A stretch of DNA of 64,000 bases. Origin: Octopus vulgaris (lineage: Eukaryota). This document shows, piece by piece, positions 28,158 through 42,743 of the stretch. The notes under the pieces are model-generated. The model was not told the DNA's origin, ran no database searches, and saw only the letters and a program-made list of their open reading frames with translations. A program made the translations under genes and the position numbers. The first letter of the stretch is position 1; each line of letters begins with the position of its first letter. The stretch spans positions 17,360,001 to 17,424,000 of the forward strand of contig OX597825.1 in assembly GCA_951406725.2 (NCBI GenBank), read 5' to 3'.

Positions 28158-28580
28158 TTCCTCTCTTCACTCCTACCTACCTTCTCCCTTCCCATACATC
28201 TCCACACCGCCACACCACCATACCACACTACACACCACCATACCACCACACCATATCACACTACACTCTTATTGAATAAGAGAAGAACAGTGAAAAAAAC
28301 TGAGGAGGCAGCATGTAGAAAAATCAGAATGTTAAAAACGGAAAACTAAAAATAGAGAACGAAAACGTTTTTTTTTAGTACATGATATATGGTTTGTGAC
28401 TGATGATAATATTTGAGATATTTCCAAGATGGGAAACTATCAGTAGCACTTAAAGTTATATATTATGTACTTTAAAGAAATAATATTTATCTCTCATCAC
28501 ATGGAGTACTTTCATTCCTGAATTTCCTATTACGGAACGGTACTTCATATATTATATATATATATATGTGTATGTACGTT

Positions 28581-28680
<100 letters not shown>

Positions 28681-28782
28681 GTTCAATTAATCCAAACAAG
28701 AAAGCACAAAAATAAGCATACACAACAACGCGAGGACGTGGAACAAATATAGTATTATTGGACGCTCCGGAAAGAAGGAAAG

Positions 28783-28856
<74 letters not shown>

Positions 28857-30369
28857 TTCCTCCACTATTAAACGAAAATAGTGTGACATGTTTTCCTGCC
28901 TTTAAATTTCATATGCTGTCCTTTATTCCTTTCGCCTGAAAAGTTGATTAGAACTTCTCGATTTTCTCAAACGCGTCAGTTTCAAAGATGTGCCAAATTA
29001 TTAAAGCTTACGAAATATATCAACAGCACAATTCTTCGTTGACATAGCTTACATTTTAATCTTCTAATTCTGTTTTACTTTGAAAACGGATCGACTTGGA
29101 CTACTTTAAGTGATGTACTTTAAGCTGATTCAAAACTTTCTATTAATAAAATAGATTTTAGAAGAGCAGCAATTGTATTTGCCAAGGAGAAATTGCTTAA
29201 TTGTATCCGTTACTCTTTCTTAGACGAGCTATATTTGTGTATTATACGCTTCGTAATTTTGTCTCAATGTTGCGTCATGCGGCTTTCTGAAATACAACTG
29301 CCATAGTTAGAACGAGATTGTAGCTGACGAAAGCTTCTTGGGAAAAATCGTGAAAAATATGCTTTAGACATGAGAATGGGATAATATATGTTACACTTTG
29401 AAAAACATAATGAAACAAGGAAGGAGCTTTGATCGTTTTTGATTATGCTAATTAAGGATCATACATTTAAATCACTTCTATTCAATTAGTTCCATGAACT
29501 GCCTTACTTTTTTTCTTCCCCTACTACTTATGAAAATATAAACCAGTGCTTTTTAAGAATTGCGCTTAAGAATTTAAGTGATATTTTATGGTCTGATAAA
29601 GTTATAAATGTTATCCCATCAGAAAAGTTGAATACTAACTTATGACTTCCGAAGGGAGAAGCCGCGCAGCAGCCATAACTCTGCATTACATTTTCAACAT
29701 AGTAGAAAACATGTACGGTATTAAATATTTTGAAAAAGACTACATAATAAGAAATCGATACCACAAATATATGCTAGAACGAAGATATTATAATTCACGT
29801 TTCACACGAATTGTGTTTCACTATATTATTTCAACTACATTATCGATTTTACTATTTAGCTTTAAAACATCGCTGTTACATATTTATGATGTTCTTTCAT
29901 TGAAGAGAACCTCATAAAAGTAGTTTTGACATCATGAATATCATTTTCAGCCACATTTTGTGCATTTCACGCACATCAGCGGAGTATTGTATGATTTATC
30001 TCATTTTACTCCTGTTTTATGTATTATAGAAATATTTGAGTGGTGCAGCTTCACTTTTTAATTGGACTTTAATTTATAGATGTCAAGAAATTAAGAGAAA
30101 ATTCTAATTCAGAATGTTGTTGTCCTGCAAACTTGACCTTTTATCAATTATTCTACCACCGAATTGTCATGTTCTTTCACTATATATGTGTATTCTGTTA
30201 TATTTTACCTCGGACTCGTAACACGAATAATGATTATTGATTTCATTATAGTTTTCAGAGACTAACATATAGTTATTACAATTTCATGTCTAAAATATAT
30301 CTTCCTAATTTTTTCCGCCAATTTACTGATATTTTGATACATATACTAATATAATATATAAAAGTATGT

Positions 30370-30390
30370 TATATATAAATGTATGTAATA

Positions 30391-30426
<36 letters not shown>

Positions 30427-30456
30427 TGTATGTATGTATGTATGTATGTATGTATG

Positions 30457-30523
<67 letters not shown>

Positions 30524-30670
30524 TTATACATATATATATATATATATATATGCACATATATATGTATATATATATATTATATTTATATATTATATGTTAT
30601 ATATAATAATATAAATAACTATATATACAATATGTCATATATATATATTGTATGTGTGTATGTGTGTGTA
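30370..30670. repeat. (TATG)n/(TA)n microsatellite
   Basis: Direct reading. Confidence 0.95.
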
Positions 30671-33030
30671 TAAAAGCATTCCAAGGAATGGAGCGTGTAA
30701 TTTAATATTTTTAAGAGAAGTAGAAAAATGATTCCTGGTTGCAACATTTATGCTACCCCGGAAGGAATCCCTGTTAATCTGACCAGTTCGTTTTGGTATA
30801 TCTTGTTATGTCGGATCCCAGACATAGTTAGTTGTAACATTCCATCTATTTCATGTGGTGTGTAAAATCCTTAAGATCCTTCTTAATATTCCACGATTAT
30901 ATTTACCATTTGTGAAATACTTTTCTGTATTTTCCTGTCAGAAACTTCATTGGGAAGCATGACAGTTGTTTGAAATAGTTCAATTTGTTTTTTTTCTTTT
31001 GGTTTCAGACATGCATTCATGTACTTCTGTATAGTGTACAGAGATATTAATGCTTCCATGAAATGTATTGAGACAGAAAGTGATGCAAAAAGCTTTGATT
31101 TTTCTATAGGATAAATAGATTTTAAAAGTAAATAACGAACATATTCAAAATAGGGGCTACGTGTTTTGTATACATTTCTGCGACTAGGAACTAAAAAATG
31201 TTTTCGATCTGAAATACTGCAGTTGAAATTGTGCGAGAAATATCGTTTGGGCTTCACTCTGACTTCATATCTTAAAGAATGTACTTTCTAAAAATTCGTT
31301 TAGAGGGATAGGTATCGAAATCGAAGGGACTTATTTATATAATAGAGAAACAGATAAATTATACCCCTCTGAACGAAAATCGAAACACTGTGGACGGATA
31401 TCGACTTCATCAAAATAAACTATTTGTAGTTAATAAACAATCACCATTGTTCATTTGGCAATTGCCTTGTGTATTACCTTCGAAGGGATGTGATAGAAAA
31501 ACGATGAGCGCATATGAAATATTCTAAATAACATTAAAAATATCATTATTTGACCTGCCTTCGAAACCTATAATAAATGTTACGATATATTAGCTATAAT
31601 TGTGTCGATGGGACAGGACTCGATACATACTTTTGTCTATTTTGAAAGATAGAATGCATTTTGATATTGAATCCTTGACAGATTTAGACTCATCGTCATC
31701 AGATTTTATATATCAAATGTTATTACTAATTATTGCACCAAAGTTGCTATTCCAACACTGAGTAATAAGAACTTATATTTGCATGTAGGACTCGGCATAT
31801 TAATTAACAGGTAAAACCGTTTTCTATTTTCATGCAAATACATGAGAACTTAATGAATTCTGGACAGAAAATATATACGTATGCTGCAAACGTCATTAAA
31901 CGAAAAATAATGAGTTTGAAAAAAGTGGAAACCAGGAAAGCAAATCCTATTATAAATTGATATATAAAATCTATTTTTTCTTTCTATTCAGTTGCGCAAC
32001 AGAAATAGGCTAAGTGATTTTAGAGAGACATATCGTACTATAAATGTCTAAGAAAAGTGTCGTTTTTACATATTTTAAAGAAAAAAAAGCTATTATTAGT
32101 AAAATGGCTGAATACGTATAAATGAAAAGTGCTGCAAAACATATCGGAAATAATATATATAATTTTCAAAAAGTAATAGTATTTTGATAAATATTCTAAC
32201 GCTTAGCCATTTGCAATTTATACAAACGTTATAGAACAGTAATGTCGGAATAACTACATAAACAGACTTATATTTGACAAATATGTTTTCGAGGGCTGTA
32301 AACTTGTGATTGATTGTTATGCATATGTCACAACATATCAATCAGTCATTGCAATAAAATATCAACATATGAAAATCAAAACAATGTCTCTCATTTAGAT
32401 CAGGGAAATATTATGTAAGATGTAACATATACACAACTGCTATTTACATTATCTAGAATCTTCCCCACCAAGTTTGAAGCGGAAAAGAAGACTTGGTAAA
32501 CGATTGTTTCCAATAAGATGTGCTTAACTGAAATGACTTAGATATGTTTCGACCAAAGATTGGCCCAGTCCACATTTAATTTAATAACACCACGTCCCAG
32601 GATCTGTTAAGTAAATTTTACGAGATGTTTTGTGGTATCCTGGCAAATTAAAATAGAATGATGTTTTTTTATTGAGATATATCCAGTTATAAGTGGCTTA
32701 TCGCGTATCCCTTGGAGAAATTTGTACAGGTTTGTTTCAAGGTGATGAAATATTTTCCTTCTTTTATTTATTTCGGTATAATGATAAATAGAGCTGGGCC
32801 TGTTGCGGAAAAGAAATTGTATTGTGATCCTTCATTGCTTATGATCATATAAACATGACCCCAGTCTTTTATAATCACTGAATCAGGGACTAAGGTCATA
32901 TGGGCAACGTTGGTGGTATAATCTACACTTTGTGCAAACAATGCGTTGTGAAATGGTACGACGACCCCTGGCGAGAATGGACTTGGCCACTACATATAAA
33001 TAGTTATGGTTATTTGACAATTTCTGCGAC

Positions 33031-33366
33031 TTGGAAAACCTATTAGCTGCAGAAGTAGAGATTCAGGAGAAGCAACAACAACTACAGGAGTTGCAAAAAC
33101 AAATACGACAACAACAACAACAATTCATTGAGTTACAGTCGGCGATGTCCGAAAATCCAGTAGGCTCGGTTACGACAGCGGGCGTGGCTGACACGATTTC
33201 TGAATTTGCGTATAATTCGGAGTAGAGCATTACATTTCACGCGTATTATAGAACATACGAGGACATTTTTAACAAAGACTGCAAGTCATGGTCGGAGGAG
33301 CAGAAAATAAGGTTTTACTACGGAAGGCAGCTCCTTTTGAAGGTGAGCATTACTGTAAATTTATAA
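33031..33366 (+). pseudogene. Truncated Ty3/Gypsy (K02A2.6-like) gag N-terminus
   Basis: Q-rich coil then ISEFAYNSE*SITFHAYYRTYEDIFNKDCKSWSEEQKIR, frameshift, LLRKAAPFEGEHYCKFI; possible PBS-like tggcga at ~32969. Confidence 0.7.
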
Positions 33367-33394
33367 AGAATACATACACACACACATACACACA

Positions 33395-33499
<105 letters not shown>

Positions 33500-33741
33500 C
33501 GTTTATTTTTTTACTTGTTTCAGTCATTTTCCCTTTGGCCATGTGGCAGCACCGCCTTTTAGTCGAACAAATCGTCCCTTGGATTTATTCTTTGTAAGCC
33601 TTGTACTTATTTGGTCGGTCTCTTTTGCCGAAACGCTAAGTTACGAGTACGTAAACGACACCAACATCGATTGTCAAGTGGTGGTGGAACGGCAAACGCA
33701 GACACAAATACAAATATATACATATATACATATACATATAT

Positions 33742-33796
<55 letters not shown>

Positions 33797-34034
33797 ATTG
33801 AGTAGTTGAGTGAATTATCTTATTATGGATAATTTCGGTTAACCGATACCTGGGTAGCAAATTCACGTCAGAAAACACGGTTAAATACAAATAAATGAAA
33901 GAATGGAGTTGAACGACGAATTAACAAAATTCCTTTATTTTATTTTCGACATATGCAGCCTTCGAAACATATGTCGAAAATAAAATAACGGAATTTTGTT
34001 AATTCGTCGTTCAACTCCATTCTTTCATATAATA

Positions 34035-34097
<63 letters not shown>

Positions 34098-34290
34098 CGT
34101 GTTTTTGTGTGTGTATGCACACGACAGGCTTCTTTCAGTTTCCGTTTACCAAATGTAGTCACAAACTCACAAAGCTTTGATCGGCTCGAGGCTATGGTAG
34201 GAGACACCTGCCCAATTTGCCATACTGTGGAATTGAACCCGGAACCACGTGATCGGAAAGCAATCTTGTTACCACACAGCCACGCCAGCG
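33500..34290 (-). mobile_element. SINE family A split at its internal microsatellite by a hairpin-containing insert
   Basis: 3' half at 33500-33715, 5' half at 34120-34290. Confidence 0.75.
33895..34028. repeat. 61-bp inverted repeat (1 mismatch), 12-nt loop; Penelope-like terminus with a half hammerhead
   Basis: Arms 33895-33955 and 33968-34028; junction reads cagccttc-GAAA-catatgtc. Confidence 0.85.
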
Positions 34291-34834
34291 TCTATACATA
34301 CACAAACACACACATACACACACACAAACACACACATGCACAGACACATATATGTGTTTTGCGTGTGTGTGTTTGTATGAATGCATATACATTATAGAAT
34401 ACTTTGCATACTAATTGTATAGTAATTCATCGTTCCAACTTAACTGCATATGAACTTAGCTATGGAAAGATATGGAAAAATTAAATAGAACTTTGAAGCT
34501 GAAGGCAGTGAAATCGTATCCATGTCAGTTAAATATGTCTTTCTACCTATAAGACAAAAAAGAAAACCCCTATTAGCTGAAAAGATAAAAAATGTACATA
34601 CAAAAATAATTTTCTATACGAAAGACTCGAAGCAACATGTTTCTAATTCTTTTTTTTCCTTGTCAGCTTTTATGCCTATCGCTTTTGTTATATAGGTTTA
34701 TGTAAGTTATACTGTATGTCAACGTAAATTAAAGAATATGTATACCAATCTGAAAACTTGTCATTATATATTTCTCATATACTACATACGTAGAATAAAA
34801 TTATTCTGCATATATATATACTCACACACACACA

Positions 34835-34884
<50 letters not shown>

Positions 34885-34899
34885 TACATATGTATATAT

Positions 34900-35470
34900 A
34901 CCACCGAATAGTCACAAATCTATTACTGACAAGTTAGGAAAAAAACATCAGTGAACAATAATAATGCCTTACCTCAAATGGGTCAGAACAAGTAATTGCT
35001 GGTCAACTTGGTACCGGTTTCGAAATTTAACGCCAGATAGGCGCGTGATTTCTCATCAGCCAAAGTCCACCAGCTAAATAACTACTAACCTTCTCCACAT
35101 CATTCCTGCGAAAGTTCGTTTGAAGTGACCAAGCATCGTACGAACAAACGAAATGCGTAAAATTATGTACATATATACACAAGGGTAGTACATGAGTACC
35201 TATATCTATATATAGGTACATGAGTACCTATATACCTAATGATAGGAGTCAAAAAATACTTCTGTACCACCGAAAAGTCACACATCTATTACAGACAAGA
35301 TAGGAAAAAATATCAGTGAACAATGATAATGCCTTACCTCAGATGGGTCAGCATTTACTAGTTCTGACCCATTTGAGGTAAGACTTTATTATTGTTCACT
35401 GATATTTTTTCCCATCTTGTCTGTGTGACTATTCGGTGGTACAGAAGTAATTTTTGACTTCTTTGATCAG
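34900..35470 (-). mobile_element. Penelope-like terminal-repeat relic (direct plus inverted copies)
   Basis: 34900-34990 repeated at ~35267-35351; ~35245-35351 inverted at ~35362-35465; contains a hammerhead. Confidence 0.7.
35006..35066 (-). ncRNA. Minimal type I hammerhead ribozyme with intact catalytic core
   Basis: Minus strand: acuuugg-CUGAUGA-gaaau cacgcgcc uaucu ggcguuaa auuuc-GAAA-ccgGUA^ccaagu; G10.1-C11.1 pair, palindromic ACCGGU stem III, GUA cleavage triplet. Confidence 0.85.
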
Positions 35471-36287
35471 CGATATATATATATATACAAAAATGAGATA
35501 TATTTCAGAATTTACCAACCAATTATAGAGGAATAACTGACCTTTCTGACTTGTGTGTAGCTAAGAAATGTTTGCTATCTCAAGGGACAGTGTGAGAGGT
35601 TGGTTGGGGGAGTGTGCAGAGCAATGTGTAACTACAACTCAACATACGTTAACATACACCCCACGAGGTACATACCCAAACAAACACACAGAGAAACACA
35701 TACAGATGTAGATAATCACACACACACACACATACATATACACACACACGCATAAACACAATATCCCCACACTAGAGCACAGACCCACACATATTCCAAG
35801 AAAAACACATATATATACACTTGCAATACGATTCTAGCAACCATAACCAACACTCGCGCGCACATACACACATGCGTAAACACGTACATGCACACACCTA
35901 CACACGCCAGCCTGACAACCATAAATCACATTCACACAAACACACTTCTTAGAAAATTACTATTTTGCTATTCAAATATTAATTTACGTTGGCTAAGCTA
36001 TATAAAACGTTAGAGAAACAAACCAAGCTGTATGTTTTTCTTTTGCAATATATACCAATACAAACATTGAATGCAAAATTACATTAGGCACCATTAATAT
36101 ATTATTGAGGATCCCCAGGTCGTTATTTTGTTGCGTAGACCTCCGATAATCATTTAAGGCCTCCAGTGGCCGTATGAACCTCTGATGTGCCATAAATACA
36201 CTTCGAATTCCCTACAGCACATCATGTGATAATACCTTGAAATTTGCAATAGCCTGTTAATATAACAAATAAATATTTAGTATATTT

Positions 36288-36548
36288 AGGCGCAGGTGTG
36301 TCTGTGTGGTAAGTAGCTTGTTTACCAACCACATGGTTCCGGGTTCAGTCCACTGCGTGGCATCTTGGGCAAGTGTCTTCTGCTATAGCCCCGGGCCGAC
36401 CAATGCCTTGTGAGTGGATTTGGTAGACGGAAACTGAAAGAAGCCTGTCGTATATATGTATATATATATATACTTCTGCTATAGCCCCGGGCCGACCAAT
36501 GCCTTGTGAGTGGATTTGGTAGACAGAAACTGAAAGAAGCCTGTCGTA

Positions 36549-36615
<67 letters not shown>

Positions 36616-36830
36616 TTGTGTGTCTGTGTTTGTCCCCCTAGCATTGCTTGACAACCGATGCTGGTGTGTTTATGTCCCCGTTACTTAGCGGTTCGGCAAA
36701 AGAGACCGATGAATAAGTACTGGGCTTACAAAGAATAAATCTCGGGGTCGATTTGCTCGACTAAAGGCGGCGCTCCAGCATGGCCGCAGTCAAATGACTG
36801 AAATAAGTAAAAGAGTAAAAGAGTAAAGAG
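36288..36830 (+). mobile_element. SINE family A with internal 96-bp tandem duplication
   Basis: cttctgctatagcccc...gtcgtatatatg at 36377 and 36473. Confidence 0.9.
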
Positions 36831-37491
36831 TATATTATTTATAGGCGGAGGCGCGTGGCTTCATGGTTAGGGTGTCGGCTTAAACACATCCGACGAAGGC
36901 TAGATTCGATATCTGGATTCACTCACAATTATTCTTTATTATAAATGTCCCTATATAGCGTTTGTGCCACTTCCATCGACAACCAGCTCATCATAATATT
37001 CGTGTTATATTTTTGAATTATAATACTGTAACAGAAAGAAAACCAAAATCAGAAGTCAAGAATGATTTATCACATTATTCACTTTCAAAAAAATAAACGG
37101 GATTAATAATTGATTATCACATAAAGATTGTTCAGCGTTTGACGAGTCACAATAGCCGTGCGGTCTATGAAATAGTGCTAGACGTAAAAATCCTGGGCTA
37201 GATTTTGCGTCCATTAATCGTCTTCAACAGACTCACCTGCACGCACGACTCAGACAAAACGATTTATACATCATTTTAAACAAACATATTCTTACCCAAT
37301 AATGCACGCAGATGTCAGCGAATTTTGATTAATGTAGAAGCTAAGATGAATATAACGTTAGCATGGGAATACTATAAAGAACGAGAAGAGATATGCTTTT
37401 GACAGGAAGGCAATATTCATATATTTTTTTTTCAATATATGTATTTTTTATTATCATTACAATTATTCATATCGCTAATAGAAGTACTTGT

Positions 37492-37590
<99 letters not shown>

Positions 37591-37609
37591 GTCGTCATCA
37601 TCATCATCG

Positions 37610-37689
<80 letters not shown>

Positions 37690-37755
37690 GTCATCATCAT
37701 CATCGTCATCATCATCATCCTCATCATCATCCTCATCATCATCATCATCATCATC
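37492..37755. repeat. (ATC)n microsatellite
   Basis: Direct reading. Confidence 0.97.
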
Positions 37756-37961
37756 AGCTATAAATGTGATGGTGGTAGCAGCAACAGTTGTAGTAAGAGC
37801 AGCGGGAGCATTATTTTTGAGAAATTATTTACAAAGAATTATTCTGCATACATATGGTGCTAGTTGGTTTTTGAAATAGCAGAAATTTATGTAAATATGT
37901 GATAACAATAAACAAGTCAGATACATATACACACATAGTGATTCACAGACAAAGGCAAAAC

Positions 37962-38016
<55 letters not shown>

Positions 38017-39009
38017 GTAAAGAGGCGTTACAAAATTCAGGCAGATATCAAAATATGGTGTGTGTGTGTGTGCGCGTGTGTATATGAATTTATGCAACTA
38101 TAAATGTATAAATACATTTATGTATGAGTAGACAAGCACACACAAAATTCAATCCAGGTATTATAATATTTATATTGAACAATCATGCCCCGTGAATATT
38201 TCAGTGAATTAATGATAAACCCATTGGGTTTTTTGCTTGAACACTTTATTCTAGAGACTGTGTCTGAATCAGAAGATAGTCTCTCATCTACTATTCATTG
38301 AAAAGTGAAAGAAATTGGAATACGATGTTTACTTAACGCACTATATATATATATATATAGCTGAGTTAGAGGTTAAAATAACCGTTTAAGGGATAGAATT
38401 ATCCATTATTCTACACGTATATTGCCTATGTGTAACCAGGGACATACACATGCAATCATATTATGCTCATAAATACAAAGATAACCATGCGTTAATCAAG
38501 AATCAAATTTTTAAAAAAACAGAAAATGGAAAAATTTTGATGAACAACAATTGACTTAGCTCAATTATTATTTATTAATTTGAAACAAATAGACTGCATC
38601 CAATCTAACAGCTGTTTCTGTTTCCAATGTTGTGTGGTATTGTCAATGATGTGCTCAAATATTTATCATATTTGGTAATAAACCGGATGTGAAAGATGGA
38701 GCTTCATCAGAGTGAAGGATAAATAAAAATAAAGGTCCTAGAGAAGGAAAAGTAAAAGATAAATATGGTTGTAATCATACCATTTTGCGTTTGTATCTCT
38801 TTGGGACGTTAAGTAAATAACTAACCTTAAAATAATATTTAGTGGATTAATCCTTTGCACGGGGTGGGTACAAGACGGTTAAATAATTTTTAAAATGAAG
38901 CATAGATTAGCCGCACACTGACCACATTCAGAAATTGATGTAAGTTAATTTTTGTTCATAAAAAAAATTCTCTATTTCTGTTTTCTTCATATATATATAC
39001 ATATATCAT

Positions 39010-39194
39010 TCACCATGATAGATCGCTAGCCACTAAGCGTTTTTCTATTTTCTCTCCCTGTTTATTTCTGTGTTCCTTACTGTCGCAGAGCGTAGACTCG
39101 AAACGTAAACGATTTTCTCACTTTCGGAGCGTTACACTAATACATCTGTTTGTTGTTTACACACCCGTCTTTGTCCTTTTTTGTAAATTCTTAC

Positions 39195-39200
<6 letters not shown>
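39010..39200 (+). mobile_element. Penelope-like terminus with degenerate hammerhead motif
   Basis: CTGTCGCA-gag cgtaga ctc-GAAA-cgta at 39080-39107; tail related to the reverse complement of 19745-19850. Confidence 0.5.
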
Positions 39201-39261
<61 letters not shown>

Positions 39262-40914
39262 TTCATGCACAATTTTATAGACTTAATACACAGCATTCAT
39301 AAAATAAATACTCATTCTTATTTTTCCATTTTCTCTATAAACAGGAAAAATTTACAATTTCGAGAAAACAAGAATTTTATAGTAAAAAAAAGAATTTCAT
39401 ATGTAAAATATAGGGGTTACAGTTTGACGGGTATAAAAATTTTATGTGACATAGTATATTCTGAAAACCAAATCACTGGTAACTTATAAACGAAGTTGAT
39501 GGGTCAGAGCTAATATACATTTCAATTTGTAGGTGATATAAAAAACATATTTCAATTAAAAACAAATTACTTTTCACAATGCACTCACCGTTACCACCTC
39601 CACTAACATTTGTAAACACGTAATAACAATTACGTTCACCGAAGCCTTTTCTCTCTCCGTCTCTTCTTCTTATCTTACGAAACCGTTCCCAACGGCTAAG
39701 TAACATAATGACAAACGGAATTATCATAAGATTCTTTTCTGAAACGATGGTCACTGTGCGTGTGTATATGCATGTGCACTGAAGTTGTAAGACTATACGG
39801 GTGTCTTTTTGCGTGGCGGTGTACCATATAGATTCATCTGCATGCATGTATGTGCATATGGACATATGTGATGTGAAAACATTTATGTTCGGGAAATGTA
39901 TAACGGTATATAGAGTGGACGGTGATATATATATATTTGTGTGTATAAAGATGCGTAATTACAAGTTGTTATTGTGTTTGAAGAGCAATTAAATATGACA
40001 ATATATATTTAAACTGGTTATAGGTACAATATGAGTTAGCAGCAAGTAACTATAAATTCTGCATCTAAATATTTACGTAATTTAAATTACAGCGAGGGTG
40101 AATAGGCGAAAATTTGACATTATATTGTTTAACTAATTGCATAACACAAGATAGAAAATATATTAAGGAAAATAAAAGATATCAAATAAGACTTGTTATT
40201 AACGGATAACAGCAATGTACATATAGAAATAGTACTGCATATTATGAGTGGCTGTTTCTTACGTAGGAGTTATGGATAAAATAATATTTATAGAAATACG
40301 ACATAAGCAGCATGAACGAAAATCATTTCAAGAAATTAGTGATTTGAAAATGTTTGGTATTTATATTATTTTCATGTGTTTTAGATGTTTTCTAGAAGGA
40401 AAATGATAAATAAAATGTAGCCCACTGGAATTCTGAAAGAAATTGCTTGTGCTCGATATAGAAATCGTCTACGAAAGTTGTAGAGAAAGGTTTTATAGTT
40501 AAACAGGGGTGTGAAGGGTAAAAATTTGAGATGATAAAATAAGCAGTTGCGAATCTGGTTTAATATTACAAATGGCTCTAAAAATGATATACTAAATATT
40601 TATTTCTTGTATTAACAGATTGTTGAAAATTACAAAGGATGTAGGGAATTCGAAGTATCGGAAAAGAGTATTTTGCTCTCCGTTTTGTAAAATGCTTATG
40701 TTAATATTAGTAGGCTAATATTAGACATTAAATGCTCATGTAGACAAATTTAAGCATACGTATCCCGGACATAATCTACTCCATTCCTTAACTCTTGTGA
40801 TCTTATTCGCATAACCGACAACCCTGGTTACTTACGCGAAATATAAAAATAACTTTTTTTCAGTTGAAGACACTTTGATACAAAAAAAAAAACACAACCT
40901 TTCCTTCCAATAAA

Positions 40915-40958
<44 letters not shown>

Positions 40959-40959
40959 T

Positions 40960-41100
40960 ATTACTTCAACAGGGTTTCCGTCTACCATATTCACTCACAT
41001 GGCATTGGTAGCCTCGGGCCTATAGTTGAGGACAGTTGCATAGGGAATCTCACAGTGAGGTTGAACCCGAAAACACGTTCCTAAATACACAGCGATGCGT
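40960..41100 (-). mobile_element. Degenerate SINE family A 5' half
   Basis: gtttccgtctacca...cactcaca...tgaacccg. Confidence 0.65.
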
Positions 41101-42024
41101 TACCTCAACTTATGTACTTATTATATTACATATGATTTATTCGTGTCTCCTAAAATACAGTTGTTTTCTCATATATTTCACAACTTGGTCATTACAATGC
41201 TTTATATAATACTTACTTTTGTCATTTAACTCCATTTCGTGTGTACTTAATATAATGCTCGTCTCTCGGCAAGCCATGAGAATAGCTGAAAAGTTTTCTA
41301 TCAAATGAAGACGATCACAAAGTATGTATATATCTCTTAGTTTCAAGCAATCTAAATGTGGACCTTCCCCCACCCCTACTGAGACCTGTATGGTAACACT
41401 TTTTAAAGAAAATATTGTCAAATCAGAAGTCAAGAATATTTGTCCTTGGAATATAGTCATACAACATCAAGATTTTTCGCATATCAATGGCTAGAAATTT
41501 TATGAATCGATTACATGGTTATTGTTTTGACTGCTATAATCTTATTTTCAATATAATACAACACGCGTGTATCTAGTATTGCTTTTTGAACTTATCATTA
41601 TATCATTTTCTTTCTCTGTTATAATATCATTAATGTAATGTTCTTTAAAATGTTTATATCAGGTAAAGTGCCTTCCAATCTGATTTTTAAAAGGAAAATT
41701 TATTCAAGATTTTTTTGCCACATTTAAAGAAATTTAGAAATTACCTTCTTTCGAGATACACTAGTTTTCTTGCTTCTTCTCAAACCAGTACAGCAGTTAG
41801 ATCTGTTTTATATTTAAATTTCTTAAAACAACATTTCCACATTTACAGCAATTCCAAAGATGAAAAGATAGTTTTTTTGTAAGTAATACATATTTGAACT
41901 GATATAAAAAAGAAAGAGTACATATTAAACGCCAGTTCGCCATAAGCTGCAAATGTCTCTCGAATTGAGCTATTTTAGTTCTAAAGAACACATCTCATAC
42001 ACAAACGCACTTACAAATATACAC

Positions 42025-42395
42025 AAGTAGCTTGTCTACCAACCACATGGTTCTGGGTTCAGTCCCATTGCGTGGCACCTTGGGCAAGTGTCTTCTACTA
42101 TAGCCTCGGGCCGACCAAAACCTTGTGAGTGGATTTGGTAGACGGAAACTGAAAGAAGCCCGTCGTATATATGTATATATATATATATGCGTGTGTGTGT
42201 TTGTGTGTCTCTGTTTGTCCCCTAGTGTTTATGTCCCCGTTACTTAGTGGTTCGGCAAAAGAGACCGATAGAATAAGTACTGGGCTTACAAAAAAAACGA
42301 ATAAGTCCCGGGTTCGTGTTGCTCGATTAAAGGCGGTGCTCCAGCATGGCCGCAGTCAAATGACTGAAACAAGTAAAAAAGTAAAAGAGTAAAGA
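42025..42395 (+). mobile_element. 5'-truncated SINE family A followed by (ATAC)n
   Basis: Begins at aagtagcttg; core and 3' half largely intact. Confidence 0.88.
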
Positions 42396-42599
42396 GTATA
42401 CATATATACATACATAATACATACATACATACATACATACATACATACATACATACATACATACATACATACATACATACATACATACATACATACATAC
42501 ATACATACATACATACATACATACATACATACATACACACATACATACTTACATAGAATATCTATATAGAGGTTACTGTATTTAAACCTATCGCGCAAG

Positions 42600-42743
42600 G
42601 CCTTGGTTCGGGCCGAAACTTTCTAGTTATTTTACAAGGCTTAGAAAAAACTGAGAGGGGTATATATTGAATAAAATCATAATAAAGTGAATCTCGTTAC
42701 TTTCGTTTATCGAGAGCCAGAAACATTTCATCACCCCTTCGTA
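42600..42743 (+). mobile_element. Mariner-derived MITE, partial
   Basis: gaggggtatatattgaataa...agccagaaacatttcatcaccccttcgta matches the right end of 47852-48070. Confidence 0.6.

Noticed and set aside
30883-31257. 124-aa ORF
   Set aside because: AT-rich, no homology cues; consistent with chance.
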